NCBI GenBank assembly: GCA_951406725.2
Contig: OX597835.1
Coordinates: 46,810,001-46,874,000 of the forward strand
From: Octopus vulgaris
Lineage: Eukaryota
Direction of reading: 5' to 3'
DNA length: 64,000 nt
Translations under genes and position numbers: made by a program
Shown: in pieces, positions 15,051 to 29,025 of the stretch
How positions within the stretch are numbered: the first letter of the stretch is position 1
Layout: each line of letters opens with the position of its first letter
Notes under the pieces: generated by a model
Told to the model about the DNA's origin: nothing
What the model saw: only the letters and a program-made list of their open reading frames with translations
The model's database searches: none

Positions 15051-15534
15051 CGATAATAAAAGGCGAAAGGTTGAGCAATTCTTTCCATCAATGAAATTAA
15101 CGATTCAGCTTTTTCCTCCAAATATGCTGCTCTCCGTGCGATCCTTTTAGCCAACTCCGTTTGAACAACCAGGATTTACTGCATTTATTTAACGGCTTTG
15201 AACTTAACAATGTCTGAATAACGGAGAACTTTCAATTGCCGAGGATGTTTATACATCGATTCTATACATTTATCAAATTAAGCATTCGGTAAGATTCGCT
15301 GCAGATTGTTTTGTAATTCAACCTCCTTGTTGATAAAAAAAAAAAGGTATCACCATTCCCTGAAAGTAAAGGCACCTTGGTCCATTCTGCGCCAGTAAGA
15401 CCATGAAAGAATGAAATGCTAACACGATAGATGTTATTCTAGCCAGACATTACTAGTGTGAAGATGTTATCACTTATATAAGTACAGTGTTTCTGAGCTC
15501 ATTTACGTCACTCGTGCGTGCTTCTTTCTTCTTT

Positions 15535-15566
<32 letters not shown>

Positions 15567-15574
15567 TATTTATT

Positions 15575-15626
<52 letters not shown>

Positions 15627-16135
15627 CACGCTCGTGTGTGTGTGTATGTGTGTAGTGAATAGATAAGGATAATAGATCCAGGCAGGTACCGTTCAAGCTC
15701 TTAAGTATAATGCCAATTCTGGTTAACTGCATTTAAATGAGAAAGAATAACCAGGGACCGTTTTAATGTAAACAATCTCAATGTATTTCACGGATGAACC
15801 CTGAGTTCGCTTCGTTGGTTTATAAACAGTTTAGCGAATATATATCATCCAGGATATTTCAAATGCGGAGAATTAAAAATCTACACACCTTTTTATTATT
15901 ATAGTCATTTATACACCATATTTGATTAAAACCTCTGCCCGACATATGTTTCTGTTGCACGGATGTCTCGCTTTGCGGTCTTCATTTGCATCCTGTTTGT
16001 TCAACTTCATCCAGATTCGTTCAGGTTGCACCTTGCCCATGCGGCTTTATTCAAGACATTACGACTATATATGTGTGTGTCTGTGTGCGCGCGCATGTAC
16101 GTGTGTATGTGTGCGGGGCGGCGCAGATGCGACTC

Positions 16136-17400
16136 GTTAGCCGTGGTGAAGGCAACTCTTTTAGGAGAAGGACACTCTGGTATAAAACCAGGTCATGCTG
16201 CTGATGATTCCCCTAACTGGACTACATTATCAAAGCCATGGTTGTGTGATGGGGACAGATTGGGTTCCCCTTTTGAAACGAAGCCGTGATTAGGACAACC
16301 AATTTAGGAGAATAAAACTCTGAATTCAAATTGATTTACCGCTGCTGGCTTACAATCTCCATTTCAGGAGACAGTAAGCCTAGAAGCTACTCCGATATAA
16401 AGCATACAGTCAACTTAGTCCTAGTCATCTTGCATTGTTTTTCACTGGAATCTGCTGTTTAGATCCAAAGAGTGGCGAAAGTGTCGTACAAGCGTTTGTC
16501 ACTGAAATCCGATGAAGAAGTAAAGAAATGCAGATGACCCCGACAAAACACCATCATCGTACAATCATTAGTTTTCAAAAGTCCTATGGCGATAGAGGCG
16601 TGGCGACGTGTGCAGACTTGACTGACCGGAAGCACAGAGTTACAAATCTTCACATAAGGCGGCAGGGTTCTTATCTTAACATCGCTAACATGTTTTTATA
16701 GACACCCTGCAGATCTTTTCCACAATCCTTTTGTTGTAAACATGGATATCATAAATAGCATTCCGCAAAGAAAGATAGTGGAACACATGAACAATATACC
16801 TTCCATTGAAGCAGTAAATCTGGCATTATATAAACTGGGGTCAGGTAAAGCCCCTGGATTAGACGGTACTCCATTTGAAATACTGAAAGCAGTGAAGGGG
16901 CATCATGTTTCATCTGAAATCCATGACCTGATAATTCGCGTTTGGAATGAATCTTCTGTGCCACCAGAATAGGTAAATGGCATTCTAATCTCTATATACA
17001 AAGGTAAGGGCCCAAAATGAGTGTGTGGTAATTCTAGAGGGATAACTCTCCTGGCACTTACTGGGAAGATACTTTCAAGGATCATGTTAAGATCCTCTTG
17101 TTGAAAATGTGTGTCCACATGCGATGGAGTAATGTGGTTTCAGGCCTGAGCGAAGAACAATGGACGTGATATTTTCTGTGAGACAGGTTCGAGAGAAATG
17201 CTTTGGGGGATAAATTCCACTATGCCAGGTCTTCATAGGTTTAACAAAGACATTTGACCCAGTAAACAGGGAGGCGCTGCGGGATCGTTTTGTGTAAACT
17301 TGGTTGCCCAACACATTCCGTTTGCAACTTTAAGGAACTCCATAGGAACCTAAGAGCTCAGTTAGTCTTTAATGGTGAGCTATCTCGCGGATTTTCGGTA
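16136..17400 (+). mobile_element. RTE-clade LINE remnant (RT pseudogene about 16742-17400, probable 5' region upstream)
   Basis: GKAPGLDGTPFEILK..VPPE*VNGILISIYKGKG..CGNSRGITLL..GKILSRI, GFRPERRTMDVIFSVRQVREKC, F.GLTKTFDPVNR; multiple stops. Confidence 0.88.
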
Positions 17401-17430
17401 CCTTGAATCTTACGAATCCTCATAACTAAA

Positions 17431-17504
<74 letters not shown>

Positions 17505-17793
17505 ATATGCAAGAAAATTACTCAAAGGACACCAGACGAGATAAAATGCAATAAAATCTGTGTTTGCGCATATATATGTGCGTGCTTGTGTGTGTGTCTG
17601 TGTTTGTGTAGGATTCGATATACACACATACAGGTATGTATACATATCTCTGCATGCATACATACATACATACATACATACATACATACATACATACATA
17701 CATAAATGCATGCATTCATGCATACATACATACGTACGTACAAATTTACAAAGAAATCCATACATTATAAATAAAATGAAAATTTTATGAAAC

Positions 17794-18068
17794 GGTGGTG
17801 GTGGTGGTGGTGGTGGTGGTGGTGGTGGTGGTGGTGGTGGTGGTGGTGGTGGTGGTAGTGGTAGTGGTGGTGATGGTGGTGGTGGTGGTGGTGGTGGTGG
17901 TGGTGGTGGTGGTGGTGGTGGTGGTGGTGGTGGTGGTGGTGGTGATAGTGGTGGTGATGGTGGTGGTGGTGGTGGTGGTGGTGGTGGTGGTGGTGGTGGT
18001 GGTGGTGGTGGTGGTGGTGGTGGTGGTGGTGGTGGTGGTGGTGGTGGTGGTGGTGGTGGTGGTGGTGG
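17794..18068. repeat. (GGT)n microsatellite
   Basis: Direct inspection. Confidence 0.98.
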
Positions 18069-18503
18069 GTGATGGATAAATTTGACAGCGTTTAAGGTAA
18101 ACATCGTCTGTGGCATGGAAGGACGAAACTAGACAGCGAAGGAAAGAAAGAAAGAAAGAAAGAAGGAAGGAAAGCAAGAAAAAAGAGCTCTTGGTTGGAT
18201 GGAAGGAAAAAAATGAATCCTTGGGTTTTGATGTTGCTTTGCTTAGCTCCAGGCCAGTCTGTAGCATAAGTGTTCCGGTCCCTGAACATCTCATTCCGAC
18301 TAACTGCAACCAATTGACTGCCCTCATTTAAACGCACATATATTAATCGCTACTAACCCAGGCTGTCGCGTGCGTGCGCGTGTGTATGTGTGTGTATGTG
18401 TGTATGTGTGTGTGTATACACACAGGATCACATGTATAGATAAAAGGACTGGCAGAAATGTTGTGTGTGGTAGTAGATAACTATACCATATATATTACAC
18501 TGC

Positions 18504-18535
<32 letters not shown>

Positions 18536-18753
18536 AAACACACGAGAAGACAAAAAGATAAAGGATTATCTTATAAACTTCATAATCTTACGGCTGTTTC
18601 TGCAAAAAAGATGTAGAGGATTCGCAGATGAGTGCCTGAGTAATACCTTATAGTTTCATGCGTCCACTGCATTCTGTCGCAGAAACAGTTGTAAACTAAT
18701 GGATGTTCACAAGAAAATCGTTTATTCCTTTGTCATCTCAGTTTCTTATTACC

Positions 18754-18786
<33 letters not shown>

Positions 18787-18819
18787 CATACATACATATA
18801 TATACATATATATGTATGT

Positions 18820-18856
<37 letters not shown>

Positions 18857-18857
18857 C

Positions 18858-18900
<43 letters not shown>

Positions 18901-18909
18901 TTATATATA

Positions 18910-19745
18910 CTAGCTGACGTACCCGGTAACCCTTGGAAGCGAGGCTTGTCCCTTGGTTCCGTTCTCATAATCGTTTCGTGAATCCAATAACAACAATACA
19001 AAGTATGTATCCCTTAAAACAGTTTCTGTTCATTTACAGAGAATACCGAACTGTCTTACACAGGACCTTGATTTTAGGAATTCCCAATAAGTTATGAATA
19101 CTCAAATTGTGATATCAGTTATCTAATAACATGAAATTAGTTACCTGATAGTAAGAAAAGGGCTTTAATGCCTTCTCAGAGTATATAGAACATAGGAGGA
19201 AATACTAATAAGGTATGTATACTAAAATCATGAAGTATGTTATGTAATAACAAGGCTAATCAAATATGAGATAATAATAATTCAAAGTAAATAACTCTGA
19301 AAAGGGAGCGCTGGCGATGATATATTTGTGAATAAGTCACTAACCGAAATAAGGGGAAAATACAATTTACTTGAAGGGTTCTACCGGATAAATTTCGAAC
19401 TCTAACAGTTCAAATACTAAGAAATAAGCATACTCAATTTCATCTTTACCAAATAATTTAGGAAACTGAATGGGTTATTTCCCTTGGCTATATATATAAG
19501 TATCCCTTCAAGGAGCGAATGGGTTATTTCTCGTAGCTTTTAAAATAAGATATATTATATATTAGATATATATATAAGGATCCCTTCCAGGGGCCCTATT
19601 ATCGATTTTTCAACAATCTCAGTATGCCATGAATTTTCCAGACATGAGTTCTACCCACGTGTCAAGTTTCATCAAAATCGACAGAACGATGTGGGAGGAA
19701 TTAGCTAACAACTCGACAAACACACCCACAGACAAAATTTTCCAC

Positions 19746-19750
<5 letters not shown>
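18910..19750 (-). mobile_element. non-autonomous Helitron-like element
   Basis: Minus-strand 3' end CTAG|T at 18910-18913 with a degenerate GC-rich subterminal segment; other end AAGTTTCATCAAAATCG..ACAGACAAA next to (TA)n. Confidence 0.6.
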
Positions 19751-19823
<73 letters not shown>

Positions 19824-19907
19824 CGGGAAGCTTTATGAAAATAACAAAAGACGAAGGCAAACAAACAATTGTATTAGTATGGCGCTCAGGAATATAAATA
19901 AAACAAG

Positions 19908-19945
19908 TCTTTTACGTTTCGAGCCTACACTCTTCAACAGAAAGA
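19908..19945 (-). ncRNA. minimal HHR-like motif with A6U core (CUGUUGA), in a Penelope-type insert at about 19822-20000
   Basis: TCTTT-CTGTTGA-A-GAGT(gtag)GCTC-GAAA-C-GTA^AAAGA. Confidence 0.55.
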
Positions 19946-20173
19946 TACACAGAAAAGAAACACAGAGAGAAACAAGGAGAGAAAAATATATGAGAATATA
20001 AAAGAAAACGAACGGGACAGTTTATACGAACAAGTTCAAGGTTGAGAGTTCAAGGTTAAAAATGTATAGACGTCGTGGTATATTTTTTAAGGATTTCACA
20101 TCAATACATATACATAATTTATTCTCAAACGCAGAATAATGATGAACAGTGTGAATAGGATAATATCCTTATA

Positions 20174-20238
20174 GGCCAGCCATGAGACTCGAACTCATAT
20201 CTCTGTGATTACCGGTCAAATGCTTTACCATTAAGCTA
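20174..20238 (-). pseudogene. tRNA-like sequence (GGT at the anticodon position), lacking the 5' acceptor strand
   Basis: TAGCTTAATGGTAAAGC D-arm/A-box, CCGGTAA loop, ATGAG-TTCGAGT-CTCAT T-arm. Confidence 0.55.
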
Positions 20239-20721
20239 AATTTTTCTGCAATTTTTGATCTTATAAGCTTAGCTATTTTATAGACGCAATATTCATATGA
20301 CGATATATATAAACAAAGTTTGCTTATATATATGTGTGTGAGTGTGTGTATGTGTGTGTGTGTGTGGGGGGGTATTTGTGTGTGTGTATGTGTGTGAATC
20401 TAAAAGTCTGCGCGAGAGATAGTGAGTGAGAGTGTGAGTGAGAGAGAGGAATATGTTTCTCAGAAGTAATCAGAGCATATATTTTGCGGATATGCCTTGA
20501 TGACTTCTTACAAAGAAAGACTATTAAGAAATATCTAAAAGCAATATTCTTTTATTCTTTTATGCGTTTCAGCACAAAGGCTGTGCCCATGCTGGGGCAC
20601 TGCCAGTACATATTAAATAATATTCTTTGATAAAACACAAAGCCAATGACTTCTGTATTTAAATGGTGTTATTTCTCTCTCTCACTCAAACTCTCACTCA
20701 CTCTCTCTCGCAAACTTTTAG

Positions 20722-20755
<34 letters not shown>

Positions 20756-20796
20756 CACACACACACACAACACACACACACAACACACACACACAC

Positions 20797-20875
<79 letters not shown>

Positions 20876-21069
20876 CACACACACACAACACACACACATA
20901 CACAACACACACACACACACAACACACACACACACACGGATACAAACATAGGACCCCTGCCTTCATCATCAACCTCCCAAGTACATTTGGTACATTGCTG
21001 TTCGTTTGTTCGTTGGTTCACCACCTGATTGCAGGTAAATCTCAGTGTTACGTAACGCTAGAAGATATT

Positions 21070-21427
<358 letters not shown>

Positions 21428-24240
21428 ATTTCTTTGTTGGCCACACAGGGCTAGACACAGAGGGGACAATTACAATGTAGAGTTTTTCTTTTCGAGGGGG
21501 GCAAAAACAAAGTGAAAAAAAAAAATAGGGACAACGATTAAAATGGATCGAAATTGTTGGGGATATATGCAAAAAATGTCAAAATAGTACAAAAAGTTCC
21601 CAAGAAATGGGGAGGTTTATCTGTGGAAAGAAAAACCTACGAAAAGACCACAGTAACCTCGGGCAATTTCGTCACATATTAACATATTTATTTAAAAATA
21701 AGTAACTCTGTGTATTAAATTTTTACGGTTCATAGGATTATGCTCAAGGTGGCTTCGTCATTCATACGTGTCATCCTTGCTACATTCACCCATCTTTTTT
21801 TAAAACATTCGCTAGACAAAACTTGTCTCTCTACTCTCACTTTCCTTTTCAAGTGATACTTAAAGAAGTTGATGAGAGATTGACCAGAGAGGAAAGTATT
21901 TGTCTCCAATCCTTTCAGACGCGTCCACCAGATAAATTATTTCGCCATATAGCCACAAGAATGATGAAAATAGCTCTTCCTTCCCGTTTGAAGGAAGGAG
22001 GCGTGACAATATTGACGATAGACTCGGCTGATAAACCGACTCGTCCCACGAGTGCGTGAAGAACGGTTTCGTCGCTCTGACCGCATTTCAGGCAGATCGG
22101 CCCCGTGTTTCTCGAACCATGTCTATAGAGCTTATACCGAACGGGTAGCGCTTCTCGGTAGCATTGCCAGGCCAGGGATCTCTGGAAATTGTCCATGGGC
22201 CCTGGCCCGAAAGTCGTCTTGAACAGGCGGGTCAGGTATTCCTCGTCGACGTCCAGGTTCGCCCCGAGCTCGTCGTCGTACTTTCCCTCCACTAATAACC
22301 TATAAAATGTTTTCGTGGTGACGCAGTCGCTCAAGTTCGACCCAGGACGGCAAAGTTTCTGGAGAGCAACGCGACACTCGCGGTGCCATTCGCCCTTCCT
22401 CGGCCACTTTTTGATCCACGATTGCAGCTCGGTCATGGAGACGAGCTGTGGAAAAGCGCGTCGCACAAATGGCGACCATACCTACTCACCGTCGTCTACG
22501 TAGAGCCGGAGATGTCGCAGTCTCAGCGCGTGTCTGTGCATGATCAACAACGGCATGCCCAGCCCTCCTTTCAGTGGGTGTTGACAGCAAACGGATCGCC
22601 TGACCATCGGAACGTTTCCTTTCCATAAGAAGCGGAAGAGGATGCGTTCCAATTTGTTGACGGTGGGGTCGGGACAAGGCACGACGGTCAGGCGGTAGTT
22701 GATGACGGATGTGATGTACGTGTTCGCCACCTCCACCCGACCTTTTAGGGACAGTTTCCTCTCGGCCCATTGCCTGCAGAGAGTGGCCAACTACTCGTTA
22801 TCTCGTTCCAGTTCTTCTCCGTTTGTAGGTCCAGACCGAACCAGACTCCGAGCAACTTGACCGGCCCGTCCGTCCAGCGTCCCACTACTGAGGCGCTGGT
22901 GGACGGCATGGGCTTGCTTCTCCAGGTGCCGAGCCGATTTTTCCCGGTTGATTTTGCTCCCGTCACCGCTTCGTAGTCTTTCAGTGTTTCGCCGACCAGC
23001 TCGATGTGCTCGTTGCTAGACACTATGACGGTGACGTCGTCCGCGTATGCGGACACGCTCATCCTGCACCCCAGTTCTCGCGGGATGCCCCTTAGCGTCG
23101 ACAGCTTCCGCAGTAGTGGCTCGAGAGTCAATATGTACAGAAGCGACGAGAGGCAGCTCCAACACCTTCGTTCCTTAGAGCACGCATCCTAGCTCTGACA
23201 ACACACCCTTCATGTTTGGCGTTGAGGGCCAACCTCGCCGCCAAAACATCGGAAGTGATGCCGTTTCTTATTGCCTCTTCTAACTTCTTAACTAGCTCAC
23301 CCTCTACTCTGATTTTATCTATGTCTAGTGCCTTACTATATCTAATTGCTTCTGCTTTTACTGCTCTCTTGAGGACAAACCACCATTTGTTGTTGGCGAT
23401 GGCTCCTGTCAAAGCCCTCTTTACTAGTGTGCTAATTCGGTCTCTGAAAACCTGTCTCGACGGGAAAGACGCATTGAGTTTCCAATTACCGGGACCCTGC
23501 CTATGTGCCTTATCTAAGTCTAGCGTACACGTCACAAGTTTGTGATCTGTGTAGCTGACTATGTGGAATTGTGGACATCCTAAGCTATCCCTATCTACTG
23601 TCCTGCATAGTATCCTATCTAGATACGATCTCGATGACCCAATGCGGTTGCTCCATGTCCACATTGGCGCATTTGGGTGGTCGAGTCGGTACCTGTCAGA
23701 GAGTTGAAAGCGTCAGAGCAGGTATCTGAGGCATTTACATCCCCGTCTATTTTCGTCTCTCCCCACGTAGTCTAGATGTGTGTCCAAGGTAGCATTCCAA
23801 TCCCCACTAAAAGTAAAGGACGAGACGTTCCCAGGAATACTTCTAGACGTCGAAAGAAATCCGGCCGACCTGTTAAGGGGGGCGGTGCATAGACTGCTAG
23901 GAGTCGAAAAGCGCACCCATCACTGCCGTCGACATTTAGGGCAACCAGTCTACCCTCCAGGACTTCGAATATCGTCTTGACTTCGAGATCCAGGCTCTTG
24001 TGAAAAAGTACCGTGGTGCCACTACCGCCCATCCTCGGCAGACAGGGAGAAAAATAAATGTTAAACAGTCCGCCAAACATGGACTTTAGGGCCAGTGGCT
24101 CATGGAGTCTGGTCTCACTTATGACTATGATTCCCAAATCGTGTGACTTGATGTCATTTAGGAGGTACCCTTGTTTCCAAGGGGACCCCAAGCTACACGC
24201 ATTCACACAACCAATCTTGACCATGATCCTATTGCGATGT
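21428..24240 (-). mobile_element. Tx1/L1-group LINE, ORF2 pseudogene with internal deletion and intact 3' end
   Basis: APE motifs (CVNA, ISETR, GDWNA, WTW..SYLDRI, TDH, WKLN), RT LLYILTLEP..YADDV, C-terminal CLKC..ETVLH, 3' UTR. Confidence 0.92.
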
Positions 24241-24377
24241 GTGCTTTAAAAACACAAAACGAAAGGGACAGAGAGTTACATATTTGTTTCGAAAGTTTTA
24301 GATTCCTCGTCCTTTGACTTGTCTTGGAGGAGGATTTTATATAGTTTCTCGGATAAGTATTTTTGGAACCCCCAAGT

Positions 24378-24875
24378 GTGTATCTATGTATGTATGTATG
24401 TGTGTATGTATGTATGTGTCTGTGTATGTATGTATTTATGTATGTATGTATGTATGTATGTATGTATGTATGTATGTATGTATGTATGTATGTGTGTGTA
24501 TATTTGTATGTGTGTGTATGTATGTATGTGTGTGCGAGTATGTTTGCATGTCCGTATGTATATATGTGTGTGTATATTTGTATGTGCGTGTATGTATGTA
24601 TGTGTGTGCGAGTATGTTTGCATGTCCGTATGTATATATGTGTGTATGTATGTGTGTATGTATGTATGTGTGTGTATGTATGTATGTATGTATGTATGTA
24701 TGTATGTATGTATGTATGCATGCATGTATGTATGTATGTATGTATGTATGCATGCATGTATGTATGTATGTATGTATGTATGTATGTATGTATGTGTGTG
24801 TATGTATGTATGTATGTATGTATGTATGTATGTATGCATGCATGTATGTATGTATGTATGTATGTGTGTGTGTAT
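24378..24875. repeat. (TATG)n microsatellite with about 74-bp higher-order duplication
   Basis: GCGAGTATGTTTGCATGTCCGTATG occurs twice (about 24534 and 24608). Confidence 0.95.
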
Positions 24876-25367
24876 TAATGCAAGAATGTTTGGCAGACTC
24901 ATTAGCGAGTTGGACAAATGCTTAGTAGCATTTCTTCCGGCGCTATACGCCTTGAGTTCAAATTCTGCCGAAGCCAAAGCCGAGGTCGATAAAATAAAGT
25001 ACCAGCTGAGCACTGGGATCTACTTACCTCCTCCCTTAAAAATTTAAAACCCTTATTTTAAAACCATAAAGGGATAATTCCGGTCCCTTGTTGTTGTGAG
25101 ACCTTCGGGGCTAAATAAAATAAAGTAGCGGTCTAATAGTCGGATCGATGTAATCGATTATTCCTCTCCTCGTCAAAATTGCTGGCCTTGTGTCTAAATC
25201 AGAAACCATAATTTTACTGAAGAGGAATATCACAGAAATTTCTTATATATATCAACAGAATATTTGGAAGAGAAACCGAATTAGAGGGGGAGAGTAAGAA
25301 GAGAAAGGAAGAAAGAAGGAAAGGAAAGAGGGGAATAAAGACAGAACATAAGGAACGGAAGAAACGA

Positions 25368-25620
<253 letters not shown>

Positions 25621-25885
25621 GAGGAATAAATGGCCAAAAGGAAGAAGGAAGAGGAAGGTACAACAAACTGAAAACAATAGTGAAATTATTAAAGGGAGGC
25701 GGTGGTGGGGCAGTGGTGGTGGTGGTGGGGGGGGTCTATTATCGTCTGCTCAATGAAATAATTTTTTTTTGTCTGTTGCTGAAGTGGAATGGGTTTTTTT
25801 TCTTTGCACTTGATGACCTCTCCATTTTTGACCAGTTGCCAACATCTTTAGGATACAGAGCTTCCATTCCGACTACCTTTGTTCT

Positions 25886-25932
<47 letters not shown>

Positions 25933-26202
25933 CAGCAGCAGCAGCAGCAGCAGTAGTAGTTGTGGCTTTTATCCTTTCGGTGTCGATGGAATAAGTAGCA
26001 ATTGGACACTGAAGAGGGTGGAGTCGACTAAACCCCCCGACCCCCCCCACCACCACCACCCGCAGAACTCCTGGCCTTGGACCAAACTTTGACAGTATTG
26101 TCAAGACAAGACAACGGAGAAGCCACAATGGGATCGCTCGATGTGCAAGCAGTAGCTACCAAATCTCCCTCATGCAGCATCTTAATGCATTAAAAAAAAG
26201 GA

Positions 26203-26610
26203 AGGCGCAGGAGTGGCTGTGTGGTAAGTAGCTTGCTAATCAACCACATGGTTCCGGGTTCAGTCCCACTGCGTGGCATCTTGGGCAAGTGTCTTCTGCT
26301 ATAGCCCCGGGCCGACCAATGCCTTGTGAGTGGATTTGGTAGACGGAAACTGAAAGAAGCCTGTCGTATATATGTATATGTATATATGTATATATGTGTG
26401 TGTATGTGTTTGTGTGTCTGTGTTTGTCCCCCTAGCATTGCTTGACAACCGATGCTGGTGTGTTTACGTCCCCGTCACTTAGCGGTTCGGCAAAAGAGAC
26501 CGATAGAATAAGTACTGGGCTTACAAAGAATAAGTTCCGGGGTCGATTTGGTCGACTAAAGGCGGTGCTCCAACATGGCCGCAGTCAAATGACTGAAACA
26601 AGTAAAAGAG
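26203..26610 (+). mobile_element. SINE-B, young copy
   Basis: Full head-to-tail match to other copies. Confidence 0.93.
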
Positions 26611-26619
26611 ATAGGATAT

Positions 26620-26826
26620 CTGTTTCTTTATTACCCACAAGGGGCTAAAAACGGATTAAGTCGATTACATCGACCCCAGTGCGTAACTGGTACTTAATTT
26701 ATCGACCCAGAAATGATGAAAGGCAAAGTCAAACTCGGCGGAATTTGAACTCAGAACGCAACGGCAGACGAAATACGGCTACGCATTTCGCCCGGCGTGC
26801 TAACGTTTCTGCCAGCTCGCCACCTT
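26620..26826 (-). mobile_element. SINE-A
   Basis: Reverse-complement monomer, tail-to-tail with SINE-B. Confidence 0.9.
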
Positions 26827-27309
26827 ATGGAAGGACAGATAGGATATCGTCCTTCAAAGTAAACTTTGTTGAAACACGAAAGGCGGGATGTTCACGGTTA
26901 GAAGTACTCTTGATCGTACGACTGTGTTGCTCATTTGGATTGACCTGCGACTAAACAACAGCTACTAGGGTGTTTTTACTTAGTCAATTGCTGCTAGAAA
27001 TAGCAGCAAAGTTTAACTCAAATCACATCTCGTTTTTTTTTAAAGAAATCATAGGAAAATGTATTCAAAGGTTTACAATGCCTGCAAAAAGATAAAAAGA
27101 CACGATGTGATGGTCACAGATGGAACGTCTTTTGATCAGAGTTACACCCGATTAGCCTTGAACTAGCGATGATGGTGGTTATTGTGGTGTGGGGGGGAGG
27201 TGGAAGATTAAGCAACAAAATCAAAGAGAACATGGTTTAGCATTGAGGGTGCCTACGTGGTCACTCAATCTGCTAAAAACAGTAGCTAAATTTTCCTCAT
27301 GCACTCACA

Positions 27310-27352
<43 letters not shown>

Positions 27353-27401
27353 ACACACAAACAACAAGCGTGTGCACAAACGCACAAACAACAAGTACGT
27401 G

Positions 27402-27442
<41 letters not shown>

Positions 27443-28048
27443 ACAGAGAAAAAACATTCAAACAAGTTCAAATACATTACCATCTCAAGAAACCAAATAT
27501 TGAACACGGTAGTCCCGTAATATCGTCCTGGATTTCCATACACCAGACGGTCATGTCTGGATTGCCTTTTCTGATGATAACCTTAGCTCCCTCCCAATTT
27601 CTGTATCTGCTACAACCAAAACACTTCAGGCAAACAGATTTTAAAACCAGAAACATCAACGAAATCAAAGAAAAAAAGATTAAGTTGATTTGAGCTAGAT
27701 TTGAACCCAAACTGTTTACTTTAGCAGCGAAATTTTCCTCGAATCACAGCTAAGGATTTTAGAAGAGAGAAATGAAAAAAAGAAAAAAAAAAGGCAAGTA
27801 AACGTGTGCGAAGGCCATGTACTTCTTACCCCCCACACAGTAGTGACAAACACCAGATAAAGTAACCTTTATTCAGGAAACTAAGCAGAAATTTGCACTA
27901 CACACATACACATTGTATGTATGCGTGTATGTGCATGTGTGTATGTGCATGTGTGTGTGTGTGTGTGTGTGTGAGCTAAAAAGCTAGTTCCAAAATCTTT
28001 CAAGGAGATGAACGCAAAAGTTGTATTAGCAAGTAATCAGGTAATGTC

Positions 28049-28380
28049 TGTAACCTCTTCAACATGGCTGTTCCGTTCGAACGGACTCTACTGCTGGCTG
28101 ACGATGCACAACTGAAACCGATATATTGCGAGCAGGGGAGCGAACTCCTACCGCCTTCTAGCGACGAGACCAGGAGACCAGTCTGGTTTGGAGCTACTTC
28201 TGTCTCTCTTTAGTACTGGACACCTCGTCTGCTAGAGATGATTTCTTTTATTCAGGCACATGGCCTTTATAAAGAGCGGACACCACAAGGACAGACAAAA
28301 CAAGACATTGGGATACATAAAACATACAAACGAATGAATATGAATGTGAAAATAATGAGAATGTAATGGCCTACCCCACA
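28049..28380 (-). mobile_element. possible solo LTR
   Basis: TG..CA termini, with TTTATAAA and AATAAA in order on the minus strand; no TSD seen. Confidence 0.35.
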
Positions 28381-28992
28381 AAGTAGGGAGTTCCATTTTA
28401 CTGTTTTTAAAATGATTATTTTCCCAGTTTGTATCGGTTTCGCAATTCCATTTCATAAACTCCATTGAGTCCTCGAATCGTATCCCTGATGACAATTCGT
28501 TGTATCGAAATCGAAGTGCTGTTATATCTATCTTGTCTCCGAACATTCCTTTCATCCTCCAGCAACACCGCTTTCTTACTTTGGTTCTCCTTGTCGGCCA
28601 GCTTGATTCTTAATGCACTTTCCATTTTAGAAATTTTCTTCTCTATCTCCTCGCTCTTTTGGTAACAAACCATCATTCTTTCGTTTCTTCCTATGACCTT
28701 AAACGATACTAGGCCCAACCACACACATAGATAAACAGCCACAACCACACACACACAGTGCTATCATTACACACACACGTGCTATCATTATACACACACA
28801 AACACACACACACGCACACACACAGACCCACACACACATACACACACATACCTCCTTCTCTTGCACTTTCCTGTCTTTGAAAGAATTTTTTTTCACCCAT
28901 TCCCTTCCGGTCATTCAATATGTGACCGCGTGTGTATCGTTGGCGATTTTCTTTCTCCGTCTTCCCTTCCTTGGACCTTTCCTTTTTCTATG

Positions 28993-29025
28993 TTTCTGAC
29001 GAAGAGCTCCGCTCGAAATGTTAAA
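28993..29025 (+). ncRNA. minimal type-I hammerhead motif in a Penelope-type insert (about 28935-29125)
   Basis: TTT-CTGACGA-A-GAGC(tcc)GCTC-GAAA-T-GTT^AAA; paralog at 54433-54465. Confidence 0.7.

Noticed and set aside
17358-18327. 252-aa polyproline and 180-aa poly-T ORFs
   Set aside because: (GGT)n and (TACA)n microsatellites; no unique domain
24203-25047. long MYVC/HTYI ORFs
   Set aside because: (TATG)n repeat
28416-28754. charged 112-aa ORF
   Set aside because: Begins in (TG)n, no recognisable domain or splice signals; left unassigned
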